A DNA stretch of 64,000 bases. Origin: a bacterium. Lineage in GTDB: Bacteria > Joyebacterota > Joyebacteria > Joyebacterales > Joyebacteraceae. The position numbers and the translations under genes were made by a program. Below, piece by piece: positions 40,577 through 50,414 of this stretch. Location: contig JAPEKQ010000002.1 in assembly GCA_029990205.1 (NCBI GenBank), positions 96,845 through 160,844 of the forward strand, written 5' to 3'. Positions within the stretch are counted from its first letter, which is position 1, and every line of letters starts with the position of its first letter. The notes beneath the pieces are model-generated. The model was not told the origin of the DNA and did not search any database. It saw only the letters and a program-made list of their open reading frames with translations.

Positions 40577-41896
40577 CTACTGCCGGGCCCGGCCGCGTCC
40601 AACACCGTCGTATGTGAACCCGTGCTTCTCGAAGTCAGCGGGCTGGTATATGTTGCGGCAGTCGACGACCGCGCGCCCCGGCATCACCTTCATGAGACGC
40701 TCGATATCGAGCTGTCTGAACTCGTTCCACTCGGTGACGAGGACGAGAACGTCCGCTCCTTCCGCCGCCGAGTATGCGTCCTCGGTGAACGTCACGAACG
40801 GCATGAGGGTGCGCGCATTGTCCATCGCGACCGGGTCGAACCCGCGGACGCTGGCGCCGAGTTCGTTCAGCCCCTCGGCGAGGATGATCGACGCCGCGTA
40901 CCTCATATCGTCGGTGTTCGGCTTGAACGCCAGCCCGAGAAGCGCGACCGTCTTCCCGGAGACATCGCCACCGGCCGCCGCGACGACCTTGTCGACCATG
41001 CGCAGCTTCTGCTCGATGTTGACCCGGACCGACGAGCTGACGATGCTGCACTCCACGCCGGCCGCCTCGGCGATCTTGGTGAGCGCCTTGGTGTCCTTCG
41101 GGAAGCAGGAACCGCCGTATCCGGCGCCCGCGTGCAGGAACTTCGGGCCGATCCGCTTGTCGAGACCCATGGCGTACGCGACGGTCTGAACATCGGCGCC
41201 GACGCACTCGCAGAGATTCGCGACCTCGTTGATGAAACTGATCTTCGTGGCGAGGAACGAGTTCGACGCGTACTTGATCAGCTCTGCGCTCTCCGGCGTC
41301 GTCTCGACGATCGGCGTCCTGATGAGATAGAGCGGCGAGTAGATGCTCCGCAGCGCCTGGAACGCCTTCTCACTGTCCGCGCCCACGACCACGCGGTCGG
41401 GCCGCATGAAGTCTCCGACGGCGGAACCCTCACGGAGGAACTCGGGGTTCGACACAACATCGAACTCGTGCGGCTCGGACTGCTCATCCCGGATGATCCT
41501 GCTGATGCGGCGCGCAGTCCCGACCGGGACCGTGCTCTTCTGAACGATGATGCGATAGCCGTCCATGTGCCTGCCGATGTCTCGAGCGACCGCGTCGACC
41601 TGAGACAGATCGACCGCTCCGTCCTCCCCCTCCGGCGTACCGACGGCGCAGAAGATGACGTCGCACTCCTTCACCGCGCGGCCGAAGTCGGTCGTGAACT
41701 CGAGACGTCCCTCCTGCACGTTCCGCAGCACCACCTCCGAAAGCCCGGGCTCGTAGAACGGGATCTCCCCCGCCTTCAGCTTCTTGATCTTCTCCTCGAG
41801 CAGGTCCACGCAGATGACGGTGTTGCCGAAGTCGGCGAGACCGGCCCCTCCTACGAGTCCGACGTAACCCGTTCCGATGACCGCGATCTTGTGCAT
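40577..41896 (-). CDS. ugd: UDP-glucose 6-dehydrogenase
   Basis: MHKIAVIGTGYVGLV...GGSCFPKD...AFKPNTDD. Confidence 0.9.
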   Translation of the reverse strand: MHKIAVIGTGYVGLVGGAGLADFGNTVICVDLLEEKIKKLKAGEIPFYEPGLSEVVLRNVQEGRLEFTTDFGRAVKECDVIFCAVGTPEGEDGAVDLSQVDAVARDIGRHMDGYRIIVQKSTVPVGTARRISRIIRDEQSEPHEFDVVSNPEFLREGSAVGDFMRPDRVVVGADSEKAFQALRSIYSPLYLIRTPIVETTPESAELIKYASNSFLATKISFINEVANLCECVGADVQTVAYAMGLDKRIGPKFLHAGAGYGGSCFPKDTKALTKIAEAAGVECSIVSSSVRVNIEQKLRMVDKVVAAAGGDVSGKTVALLGLAFKPNTDDMRYAASIILAEGLNELGASVRGFDPVAMDNARTLMPFVTFTEDAYSAAEGADVLVLVTEWNEFRQLDIERLMKVMPGRAVVDCRNIYQPADFEKHGFTYDGVGRGRARQ

Positions 41897-42687
41897 TTCC
41901 TGTCGCTCCTCCCTGTGATCTCAATCGGCCCCAGCGGCTCCTTCTGGCTCGCCAGGAGGACCGCGACGTCCGGCCGGCCGGCCGCTTCGAGCGCGGCGGC
42001 GGCGGCCTCGTAGGCCAGACGCGGCTTGTTGTTCTCTTCCGATAGGTGCGCGAGGACCACCGTTGAGACCGGGTGGTCCGCCGCGCGCGCGAGCTCCCGG
42101 GCAGCCGTCTCGTTGGACAGATGTCCGACGTTGCTCATGATCCGCTGCTTCAACGGCCACGGGTACGGGCCGTCGACGAGCATTCGTTCGTCATGGTTGA
42201 ACTCGAGCACGACGCAGTCCGCGCGCGCCATCTGGTCGCGAACCGCCGACCCCACGACACCGAGGTCGGTCGCGAGGACGAGCCGCGCCGCATCCGCCTC
42301 GAATGCGTACCCGACCGGGTCCGCGCAGTCGTGGCTGGTCGAGAACGGCGAGACGGTGATATCGCCGACCGAGAGCGGCTCTCCGGGCGCGATGGGAACC
42401 CTCGTGAAACCGTCACCGGCCCGCCGGTTGATCGCGCGGAGCGTACCGCGTGTCGCGTGGACGGGCAGATTGAAGCGGCGGGCGACGGGACCGACCCCAC
42501 TGATGTGATCGGAGTGCTCGTGCGTCACGAACACGGCGGCGAGGTCGGACGCATCCTCGCCGGCATCGGTGATGGCGCATGCGACCCGCTTCGCCGAAAT
42601 GCCGGCGTCCACAAGGATGCTCGTCGTGCTGGTAGAGACAAGGAAGGCATTCCCGGAGCTTCCGCTCGCGAGGACCGTGAGCCTCAT
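41851..42687 (-). CDS. MBL-fold metallo-hydrolase (YycJ/PhnP-like)
   Basis: MRLTVLASGSSGNAFLV...THEHSDHISG. The 3' end overlaps the ugd start by 46 nt. Confidence 0.8.
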   Translation of the reverse strand: MRLTVLASGSSGNAFLVSTSTTSILVDAGISAKRVACAITDAGEDASDLAAVFVTHEHSDHISGVGPVARRFNLPVHATRGTLRAINRRAGDGFTRVPIAPGEPLSVGDITVSPFSTSHDCADPVGYAFEADAARLVLATDLGVVGSAVRDQMARADCVVLEFNHDERMLVDGPYPWPLKQRIMSNVGHLSNETAARELARAADHPVSTVVLAHLSEENNKPRLAYEAAAAALEAAGRPDVAVLLASQKEPLGPIEITGRSDRKCTRSRSSERVTSDS

Positions 42688-42762
42688 CTGGACCTCTCTG
42701 GGCAGTGTGGCCTCGGTCGCGGGAAGCGGCGTGATCCTGACGCGTCTCGTGACCGCGGTCGC

Positions 42763-43044
42763 CTATCCGGCGTCTTTGGCGGAGGCCCGGGCCGACACGT
42801 ATTGCGAGATCAGCCGCTCGAACCTGCTCTGGTAGATGAGATCGAACTGGTCCATCATGTCCGGAATGATCTGTGCAGCCTGTCGGCGCACGCGCTGAGC
42901 CATCACTGTTGCTTCGGAGACGTCGAGCCGGCCTCCCATGATCTCCTCACACGCGCCGTCAACGAGTTCTCGGAGCTGGGCAAGCTTCTCGTTCTCCTCG
43001 GCCAGCAGTTGTGCCATCTCGCTGTCATCGAACTGATCGGTCAT
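42763..43044 (-). CDS. hypothetical small acidic helical protein
   Basis: 93 aa beginning at ATG 43044 (GGGGAG, 7-nt spacer). Third-position GC is high. I recognise no family. Confidence 0.45.
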   Translation of the reverse strand: MTDQFDDSEMAQLLAEENEKLAQLRELVDGACEEIMGGRLDVSEATVMAQRVRRQAAQIIPDMMDQFDLIYQSRFERLISQYVSARASAKDAG

Positions 43045-43262
43045 CGCTGTACTCCCCTGGCCGGGGTCTGCGAACAGGCCCGCTCCCCGGTGCATATGGT
43101 GTCTCGGCAATCGCCCATAGTCTTTCGGATTCTATCGGTCGGAGCGCCCCCTGGTCAAGCTGTTTGGGCCATTCGGGGTGGCTGCTTGACACCCTAGAGC
43201 GCGCAAGCGTAAGCTCTTAGAGACGAATACCTAACCGGTTCACACGAGGAGGCCTCCAACTG

Positions 43263-45725
43263 ATGAAGCGCGGACCTAGAGAACGTCTCACGGGACTCAT
43301 CGACACCGTCGAGAACATGCCGATCACGCTCGGTCGCTGGCTGCTGATCCTCGCCGCGATCATCGTGGTCCGACACTTTCTCGAGCAGGTCTCGGGACAG
43401 CTGAAGACCATCTACTTCCTCTCCTATTTCATCCACTACCCGCTGGCCTACATCGCGCCGATGCTCGGACTCTCGGTCGTCCTCTCGCTCATGTCCAGGG
43501 AGCGGATCGAGCGGGTCACCAAGCTGATGCTGTTCGCGTGGCTGCTGACGCTCCTGCCGCCGCTCCTCGACCTCCTGCTCGCAAGCGGCGGCGAGAACCC
43601 TGAGCTGATCGGGTATCTCATCCCCGATCACACGGGTCTCGGGACAGCCTTCGTAAACCTCCTCAACCCGTTCTACCACGGCTTCCAGGGCACGACGGCC
43701 GGCATCCGGCTCGAGGCCGCAGTCGGCTGCGTCCTGGCCGCCGTCTACGCGCACATCAAGACGAAGAGTCTCGGGCGTGCGATCCTGACATTCATCGTGG
43801 TCTACCCCACGATGTTCCTCTTCTTCGCGCTCCCGCCGCTCACGGTCGCCATCACGAGGCTCTTCGGCGCCCAGATCGACAACGTCTATCAGCTCTTCTT
43901 CGCGCGGGCGAACGTCTACCGGGCGTTCGTGAACGTGACACCGTTCGCGCTCTCGGACCTTTCGAACTCGCTCGTCGACCTCATCGTCCTCGTGCCGATC
44001 CTGAAGATCTGGTACTGGCTCTACGACCGTGAGGGTTTCTGGCGGTTCGCCCGACGGATCGACGTACCGACGGCCGGTCTGCACCTGGTCGCGACCATCG
44101 CCGGCATCGTGCTCGGCGCGCGGCTCCTGCTCGGTTCGACCGGAGTCGTCTCGGTCGCTCATCCGTTCGACGTCATCTCTCTCATCGGGCTCGTGATCGC
44201 GTCGTTCTTCACGGCTCAGACGGCGACGTACATGCGGCTCTGGTTCGCGCCTGACGAGGAGACCGCCTCGACCGAGGACAGGGCGCGGATCATACAGCTC
44301 GGTCTCATCATGATGGGGTTCGCCGTCCTCTTCTCGCTCTCTGTCAGCTACGTGGCGCTGACGTACGTCCTCGCCGCGCTCGCTGTCTACACGCTCTACT
44401 ACGCTCCCCCGTTCCGGCTCGGGCGCTATACGCCGCTCGCCGGTCTGATGATCGGCGGGATCGCGCTCTTCGCCCTGGGTCTCGGGTACTGCGCGTATGC
44501 GGGCGAGCAGGCAGCACTCTGGCTCCCGAAGAGCATCGTGGCCATGACGGTCATCTCCTCGACGCTCGCCTTCCTCGCCCGGGACGTGTGGGATCCGACC
44601 GCGGGCGACGCGCCGTTCTCGCTCTCGGTCTCCAGACTCTCGGGAGAAGCAACAGCGCGTACCGTCGCGGGTGTGGGCATCCTTCTGGCGGCGCTCGTCC
44701 CGGCGGCCGTGCTGCGGGAACCGCTCTACGCGGTCCCCGGTCTCATCCTCGGCGTCATCGGCCTCATCGGGGTTCTCCGAGCGCGCCCCGCGGTCGTCCC
44801 GGGCGTGGTCGGTGGTGTCGGCGCCGCGCTGCTCATTGTTCTGGCGGTGATGGGAATCACTTCGGCACCGCAGCTCGCGACCGACCTCTCGGGCACGAGC
44901 TTCGCCACCACGACGCGGCGCGCGGGCTCGTTCGAGTTCATGGAGAAGGCGGATGCGACCGAACAGCAGACCCTCGTCAACGAGGGCATCGTCATGATGA
45001 GAAACGGAGATGTGGCCGGCGCCGTATCGAGCTTCCGGAGGGCCATCGAGATCGACCCGCAGTACGTGCAGGCGTACGTCAGCCTGGGCTCGGCCCAGCT
45101 GAGGATGGAGGATCTCGAAGGCGCCGAGCGTTCGTTCCGCCGGGCCATCGAGATGGAGGGTGAGAACGTCCTTGCGCTGGTCGGTCTCGGACAGACGTAC
45201 AAGCTCTTCGACCAGACCGAAGAGGCCATCGCCTATCTGGAGCGCGCCCTCGAAATCGATCCTGAGAGCGTGGACGCCACCTACACGCTGGCGCTGATCC
45301 ACATGGCCGACAGTGAGATCGAGAAGGAGGTCGAGGCGCTCATCCGCACGATCGAGATCGATGACCGCCATACTCCTGCACTGTCGCGCCTCGCCGACAT
45401 CTACCTCGCGAACGGGCGCTACGAGCAGGCCATCTCGGCGCTCAACGCGGCCCAGGCGGGACGCACGCCGGTCGATCACATCCACACGCGTCTCGCGGAC
45501 GCCCACTATCAGATGGGTAATCTGTCGGCCGCGGAGGAGGAGCTTCGTCGTGAGATCATGTTGAGACCGAGAACCGCGGCGCCACGGGCCAACCTCGCGC
45601 GGCTTCTCTCGGAACAGGGACGAATGGATGAGGCGAAGGCGGAACTCAGGCAGGCCATCGAAGTCGCGCAGGACGAGCAGCTCAAGTCACTCCTGGAGCA
45701 GGAACTCGCGCGCATCGGAGGCTAG
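43263..45725 (+). CDS. polytopic membrane protein (about 560 aa) fused to a C-terminal TPR domain
   Basis: GAGGAGG SD. Many hydrophobic segments, then about 7 TPR-like repeats (AIEIDPQYVQAYVSLG..., ALEIDPESVDATYTLA...). The antisense 770-aa ORF is rejected. Confidence 0.7.
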   Translation: MKRGPRERLTGLIDTVENMPITLGRWLLILAAIIVVRHFLEQVSGQLKTIYFLSYFIHYPLAYIAPMLGLSVVLSLMSRERIERVTKLMLFAWLLTLLPPLLDLLLASGGENPELIGYLIPDHTGLGTAFVNLLNPFYHGFQGTTAGIRLEAAVGCVLAAVYAHIKTKSLGRAILTFIVVYPTMFLFFALPPLTVAITRLFGAQIDNVYQLFFARANVYRAFVNVTPFALSDLSNSLVDLIVLVPILKIWYWLYDREGFWRFARRIDVPTAGLHLVATIAGIVLGARLLLGSTGVVSVAHPFDVISLIGLVIASFFTAQTATYMRLWFAPDEETASTEDRARIIQLGLIMMGFAVLFSLSVSYVALTYVLAALAVYTLYYAPPFRLGRYTPLAGLMIGGIALFALGLGYCAYAGEQAALWLPKSIVAMTVISSTLAFLARDVWDPTAGDAPFSLSVSRLSGEATARTVAGVGILLAALVPAAVLREPLYAVPGLILGVIGLIGVLRARPAVVPGVVGGVGAALLIVLAVMGITSAPQLATDLSGTSFATTTRRAGSFEFMEKADATEQQTLVNEGIVMMRNGDVAGAVSSFRRAIEIDPQYVQAYVSLGSAQLRMEDLEGAERSFRRAIEMEGENVLALVGLGQTYKLFDQTEEAIAYLERALEIDPESVDATYTLALIHMADSEIEKEVEALIRTIEIDDRHTPALSRLADIYLANGRYEQAISALNAAQAGRTPVDHIHTRLADAHYQMGNLSAAEEELRREIMLRPRTAAPRANLARLLSEQGRMDEAKAELRQAIEVAQDEQLKSLLEQELARIGG

Positions 45726-45779
45726 CGCGCGAAGCGAAGGCAGGACGAAGAAAGTGAAGCGGTGATTCCTGACGCCCGG

Positions 45780-45805
45780 CACTCGTGCCGGGCGTCGTGC
45801 ATGTG
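45780..45805. terminator. perfect 12-bp GC-rich palindromic hairpin between convergent genes
   Basis: GACGCCCGGCAC-tc-GTGCCGGGCGTC. There is no clear U-tract on either strand. Confidence 0.5.
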
Positions 45806-45822
45806 TGCGGCAGGCGTTGGGC

Positions 45823-46332
45823 TCACGCACCCCTGTTACCGCCCTCGCCACCTCCCGCGTCACGCTCACCGGCGCGATACACGTTCACGTCGCAGCTCGC
45901 ATCCCGCGCAAGCCGTTTCACGTCAGAGCCGATGACGAGCCGGGAGAGCGCCGGCCGGTCCTGTCGCGCCACGAATATCTCAGACGGCGCGATACGCTCG
46001 GCGGCAGCGAGCGACAGGCGGAGGAACTCGCCCTCGACCAGTTCGACGGCAAGCGATACCCCGCGTTCCTCCGCCAGCCCGGCGATGCGCCCGAGTTCCG
46101 CCTCCCCCCTCCTCCTGTGCTCCTCCCTCACCGCATCGAGGAAGCGCGCGCTCGGCACGTCGCCGACGAACCCGAAGTCCTGGATGCGCTCCTGGACGTC
46201 GTCGGCGAGCGTCGCGTCGAGGATGTAGACGACGACCAGTTCGCCGTCGGCACGCTTGGCAGATGCCAGCGCCCGTTCGACACAGGTTGAGGAGACCCGC
46301 GACGGAGACATTATGAGAAGCGTCCGCTTCAA
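45823..46332 (-). CDS. universal stress protein (UspA) family
   Basis: RTLLIMSPSR...LVVVYILD...RLVIGSDVKRLARDASCDVNVY. TTG start preceded by GGAGG (7-nt spacer). Confidence 0.7.
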   Translation of the reverse strand: MKRTLLIMSPSRVSSTCVERALASAKRADGELVVVYILDATLADDVQERIQDFGFVGDVPSARFLDAVREEHRRRGEAELGRIAGLAEERGVSLAVELVEGEFLRLSLAAAERIAPSEIFVARQDRPALSRLVIGSDVKRLARDASCDVNVYRAGERDAGGGEGGNRGA

Positions 46333-46368
46333 GAGGTCACCTCCAGAAACAGCCGGCTGCCGGGCGGG

Positions 46369-47754
46369 TCAGACGACCAGACCGAGAGCGGGCCAGTAGA
46401 ACAACGCTGCCGCCGCGAAGAGTGCGAGCGCCACGATCTTCAGAAGCGCCCCCACACTCACGGAGTGCTTGAGTCGGAAGTACCCGGCCGAGTACGCGAT
46501 GGCGTTCGGCGGCGATCCCATCGGAAGCGCGAACGCGAGACCCGCCGGCACCGCCACGGCGTAGACGACGAGGACGGGGGGTATGCCGGCTCCCTCCGCG
46601 ATGCCGAAGCAGATCGGCAGGAGGAGCGCTACCGCGGCCACGTTGCTGATGGCTTCCGTCAGGAAGGTCGCCACGAGCGCGAACGTCATCAGCATCCAGA
46701 ACGGTGGCATCGCTCCGATGCGCGCCATCCCGGCCTCCGCGATCCACCGCGCCGCGCCGGTCTCGTGCAGAGCGGCCGCGATCGCGATCGCGCCGCCGTA
46801 CATCAGAATGACACCCCAGTTCACGTACTCCTCGACACTCTTCCAATCGATGAGATTGAACGCGAACATAGAGACCGCCGCCAGGAGCGATATCGAGGCG
46901 AGATCGAACCCGCGCCCCGCGACGATCCAGCAGACGATCGTGACGATCACGATGGCCGCGATCCCCTTCTCTCGACGCCCCATCGGACCCAGCGCGTTCG
47001 CCTTCTCACGAAGCACAAGGCTGGCCCCGGAGACGTCCGTGACGTTCGATGGGAACGACCTCGAGAGCAACAGGAAGATGGCGCCCATGAGAACGATGGA
47101 CAGCGGGGCCACGGCCACCATCCAATCAAGGAATCCGATCGACAGGTTGTAGTGCTCCTTGAGGATCCCCAGGGCCAGAGGGTTCCTGGCGCCTCCGAGG
47201 AACGTTGCGACGCCCCCGACGACGGTTCCCCATGCGAGCGCGAGGAAGAGGGCGCGCCCGTACCGGCTCCGGCCGGGCTCGAGTTCAAGTGCGCGAGCGA
47301 TCTCGAGCACGATGGGGAACATCAGCGCGGCGACCGCGTGCTCAGGCATCCAGAACGCGAGGAACCCGCCGGCGAGGATCACGCCCGCGAGGAGCGTCCG
47401 GGGCCCGGAGTCGAAACGCCGGAGGAACACCAGCGCGAGACGCGTCGACAGCCCCGACTTCATCATCGCCGCGGCCATGATGAACGCACCGAGAATGAAG
47501 AAGACCGCCGAACTGCCGAAGAGCGAGAACGATCTGGACGCCGGGATGACGCGCAGTGTGGGAAGCATGACGATGGCGAGGATGCTGGTCACGGCAAGGG
47601 GCAGCGCGCCCGTGACCCAGAGCACGAAGCAGAGCGAGAAGATAGCCAGCGCGCTCTGCGCCTCACGCGCGAGTCCATCGGGTGTCGGCGCGATGAGAAT
47701 CGCCAGACACAAGATGACCCCGCCGATGAGACCCAGCAGCCTGAAGCGCTTCAC
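46369..47754 (-). CDS. SLC13/DASS-family anion:sodium symporter (ArsB/NhaD superfamily)
   Basis: Polytopic protein with GARNPLALGIL and GSPPNAIAY hairpin-loop motifs. GTG 47754 follows GGGAGG. Confidence 0.78.
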   Translation of the reverse strand: MKRFRLLGLIGGVILCLAILIAPTPDGLAREAQSALAIFSLCFVLWVTGALPLAVTSILAIVMLPTLRVIPASRSFSLFGSSAVFFILGAFIMAAAMMKSGLSTRLALVFLRRFDSGPRTLLAGVILAGGFLAFWMPEHAVAALMFPIVLEIARALELEPGRSRYGRALFLALAWGTVVGGVATFLGGARNPLALGILKEHYNLSIGFLDWMVAVAPLSIVLMGAIFLLLSRSFPSNVTDVSGASLVLREKANALGPMGRREKGIAAIVIVTIVCWIVAGRGFDLASISLLAAVSMFAFNLIDWKSVEEYVNWGVILMYGGAIAIAAALHETGAARWIAEAGMARIGAMPPFWMLMTFALVATFLTEAISNVAAVALLLPICFGIAEGAGIPPVLVVYAVAVPAGLAFALPMGSPPNAIAYSAGYFRLKHSVSVGALLKIVALALFAAAALFYWPALGLVV

Positions 47755-47904
47755 GCATCCTCCCGTTCGCCTCGACAAGGGGTCAGGATCGGCCTGACTC
47801 CCGCTCGGTCGTGATTCTTGCACCGTGGCTCGAAGAGTGTCAAGCGCGTTCGGGTGGTCGGGGAACTCCGACGGGCCGTGAACGGGTCCGGCCGTGTCCC
47901 CTCA

Positions 47905-47940
47905 GACAACGAAAGCGGGGCGGCCATCAGGCCGCCCCGC
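47905..47940 (-). terminator. rho-independent terminator closing the redox/peptidase operon
   Basis: GCGGGGCGGCC-ugau-GGCCGCCCCGC (11 bp) followed by UUUCGUUGUCU. Confidence 0.7.
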
Positions 47941-47964
47941 TCCGGTCATGGTCGTACGCTGCAC

Positions 47965-50289
47965 CTACTTCAGAAGCACCATCTTCGCCGATGCCTCGCG
48001 GCCCCCGGCGATGATCCGCGAGAAGTACACGCCCGCGGCGACACCGCGCCCGGCATCATCTCTGCCGTCCCAGACAACCTGGTGGCTGCCGGCGTCGCGC
48101 TCATCGCCCGCGAGCAGCGTCCGCACGAGCCTGCCGGCCGCGTCATAGACGCGGACGTCGGCGGTCCCACTCGAAGGCATCTGGAAGCTCACGCTCGTGT
48201 GCGGGTTGAACGGGTTCGGGAAGTTGGAGATGGCCAGCTCCCGCGGCACGAAGTCGTCCACGCCCGTCTCGGGCCCCTCGATCGAGATGAGTACGTCATC
48301 GACGTACCAGCCGTCGCGCTCGATGTACCCGTCGGAGTCGAGCAGGAACCGGATCTTGAACTGCGACGTGCCGACGTAGCTCGTCAGGTCGATCGTCTCC
48401 TCGGTCCAGGTCGACTGGCTCCCGTCGTACGTCGCGACGTCGGTCCAGGACGAGCCGTTGTTCGTGCTCACCTCGACGTAGCAGTAGTCGTAGCCGGACT
48501 CGGTGTCGTAGCGGTGCCAGAACGAGAGCTCGGCGCCATCGGCAGAACTGAGATCGATGGCGTTCGCGAGCGTCATCGTCTCGTAGTCGTTGCTCCCGTA
48601 GTTGCCACCCGGACTGTCGGTCATGCAGGTGCTCGGGCTGTACGACGTGGTCGTCGTCGTGCCCCAGCTCCCGGTCCACTCGGCGAGACCCGACTCGATA
48701 TCATCGAAGAAGTCGGGCGCCGCGAGGACGAAATCGACCGAAGCGATCGTGCCGTCGCCGACGCTGACATCGAGTTCCTCTCCCGACGAGTATCCGCTGC
48801 GCGACGCGCGGACATCATAGGTTCCGACAGGGATGTACTCGATCTCGTAGTAGCCGGTCGCATCGCTCTCGTCGGAGTAGCCGGTGGCGTCGGTCAGTTC
48901 GACCAGCGCTCCCTCGAGCGGCAACATCGACTCGTCACGAACGTAGCCTGCGATCGAACCGCGCGGCGGCGGCTCGAGCGCGAAGTTCACGACAACGAAC
49001 GTGTCGAGACTCGCGGAAACGTTGTAGACGGTCTGCGTCGGGTAGTCATCGGCCGAACAGACCACCGTGTAGGTGCCGGTCTCGACCATCCGGTGGTAGT
49101 CACCCACGTCCGGATCGGTGTAGATGTCCTTGCCGATCTCGGGGATGCTGATCGTCGCGTCGATGGGGTCGCCCGTCTCGGCGTCGGTCACCATCCCGCG
49201 AATCCCGCGGCCGGACATTCTGGCCTGATACAGCATCGCCGGGATGTTGTCGTCGACGATCCCGTCGATCGAAGACTCCGGCGGATCCTTCGTGACCGAC
49301 ACCTCGATCGTCGTGTCGATCTCGCCCCTCGTCTCGTAGCACCAGTCCTGGCAGGTGCCATCCGCGACGTACCAGTCGGCGCCGTTGGTCACCGGAAGAC
49401 CGCTCAGCGCGCCGTACTCGTCCGAGATCGTGATGATCATCGGTTCGTCGGGGGTCGGGTTGTACGTGTAGTCCCAGAGGTAGTTGACGTAGACCGCGCC
49501 CGAATGGAACGTGAGCGACGTCACCGGCCGCTTGTCCAGGTCGAAGTCACGGAGCGCCTGCGTCTCGGGCTCGGAGAACGCGGAACCGGCGTTGCTTCCG
49601 TCCGGACAGAGGTAGTTCCGGTTGAGATCGGTCCCGTTCCCGTTGTAGCGGGAGCCGTTCTCGTAGCCGTCCGGATTGAACATCGGGATGATCGTGATCT
49701 CGCGCTCGTTGACGAGCCACGTCACCTGGGGATCGGTCCCGTAGTTCTCGAGGAGGTACTCGATCATGTAGTAGCAGACGGCCATACTGATGGTCTCGTC
49801 GCCGTGGTGCGCGCCGATCCACTGGATCTCGGCCTCGAACTCCTCGACCGTCGGGTTGTCCGTGATCTTCAGCGCCCACATCTCCCGGCCGTACACGCTC
49901 TGACCGATCGAGACGAGTTCCGTGATGTTCGAATAGGTCGACGCCCACGCCTGCATGTCAGCCGTGAGCTCCGCGTAGCTGACGTACACGCCGCGGTCGG
50001 GCACCTTGAGCGACGCCACGGCGTCGATCATGTTCTCGACCGTGATGGCGGGGCGGAACCCGTTCGCCCACAGCGTCTCGATCTCCTCGGGGATGGCGGC
50101 GATCTGCGCCTTCCCGTCGGTCACGGACATGATGTCCATGTGGAGCTCGTTGAGACGATGGATATCGGCCCGCGAGAAGATGTCCACTTCAACAACGGCC
50201 GCGTCATCGCGCGGATAGGCAAGGACGGTCCCGGGGAGCGTCAGCAGGATGAGGAGGACGCCTGCCAGCGCGAGCTGAGCGACCCTCAT
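47965..50289 (-). CDS. secreted M14 zinc carboxypeptidase with two CarboxypepD_reg-like domains, a jelly-roll domain and a Por/T9SS-type (FlgD-Ig-like) C-terminal tail
   Basis: ATG 50289 with AAGGAG (7-nt spacer). Signal peptide MRVAQLALAGVLLILLTLPGTVLA. HxxE zinc motif WIGAHHGDE. Tail: NFPNPFNPHTSVSF...VRVYDAAGRLVRTL...VVWDGRDDAGRGVAAGVYFSRI...KMVLLK. Confidence 0.85.
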   Translation of the reverse strand: MRVAQLALAGVLLILLTLPGTVLAYPRDDAAVVEVDIFSRADIHRLNELHMDIMSVTDGKAQIAAIPEEIETLWANGFRPAITVENMIDAVASLKVPDRGVYVSYAELTADMQAWASTYSNITELVSIGQSVYGREMWALKITDNPTVEEFEAEIQWIGAHHGDETISMAVCYYMIEYLLENYGTDPQVTWLVNEREITIIPMFNPDGYENGSRYNGNGTDLNRNYLCPDGSNAGSAFSEPETQALRDFDLDKRPVTSLTFHSGAVYVNYLWDYTYNPTPDEPMIITISDEYGALSGLPVTNGADWYVADGTCQDWCYETRGEIDTTIEVSVTKDPPESSIDGIVDDNIPAMLYQARMSGRGIRGMVTDAETGDPIDATISIPEIGKDIYTDPDVGDYHRMVETGTYTVVCSADDYPTQTVYNVSASLDTFVVVNFALEPPPRGSIAGYVRDESMLPLEGALVELTDATGYSDESDATGYYEIEYIPVGTYDVRASRSGYSSGEELDVSVGDGTIASVDFVLAAPDFFDDIESGLAEWTGSWGTTTTTSYSPSTCMTDSPGGNYGSNDYETMTLANAIDLSSADGAELSFWHRYDTESGYDYCYVEVSTNNGSSWTDVATYDGSQSTWTEETIDLTSYVGTSQFKIRFLLDSDGYIERDGWYVDDVLISIEGPETGVDDFVPRELAISNFPNPFNPHTSVSFQMPSSGTADVRVYDAAGRLVRTLLAGDERDAGSHQVVWDGRDDAGRGVAAGVYFSRIIAGGREASAKMVLLK

Positions 50290-50326
50290 GGAACATCTCC
50301 TTTCACAGGGTTCTGACACGAGGACA

Positions 50327-50348
50327 GGTGGCCGGCACGCCGGCCACC
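50327..50348 (-). other. intercistronic GC hairpin between the Sec-protein gene and the M14 gene
   Basis: GGUGGCCGGC..GCCGGCCACC with no U-tract. It may stabilise the mRNA or act as a partial terminator. Confidence 0.4.
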
Positions 50349-50414
50349 CGCCCCCACGGATGAACTGTGCGCCTATCTCCGGGCTGCGGAGTCAGGCTCT
50401 TGATCTGCGCTCCC

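Noticed and set aside
41851-41896. 46-nt overlap between the MBL-fold gene 3' end and the ugd start, as a possible frameshift or fusion
   Set aside because: The two genes are in different frames, and each is complete with its own SD and canonical termini. The overlap is most simply a late stop codon in GC-rich sequence.
43194-45506. 770-aa minus-strand ORF antisense to the membrane/TPR gene
   Set aside because: It is extremely Arg/Glu/Asp/His-rich with no motifs, no SD and no hydrophobic core. It mirrors a well-supported plus-strand gene. Long stop-free antisense frames are expected in GC-rich DNA.
47818-50316. 832-aa plus-strand ORF opposite the M14 carboxypeptidase. Similar giants occur at 813..2729, 3371..5629, 7831..9732, 21442..23652, 24928..26730 and 50367..52058.
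   Set aside because: All are Arg/Asp/Val/Gly-rich low-information translations lying antisense to genes with clear family motifs. They are GC-bias artefacts.
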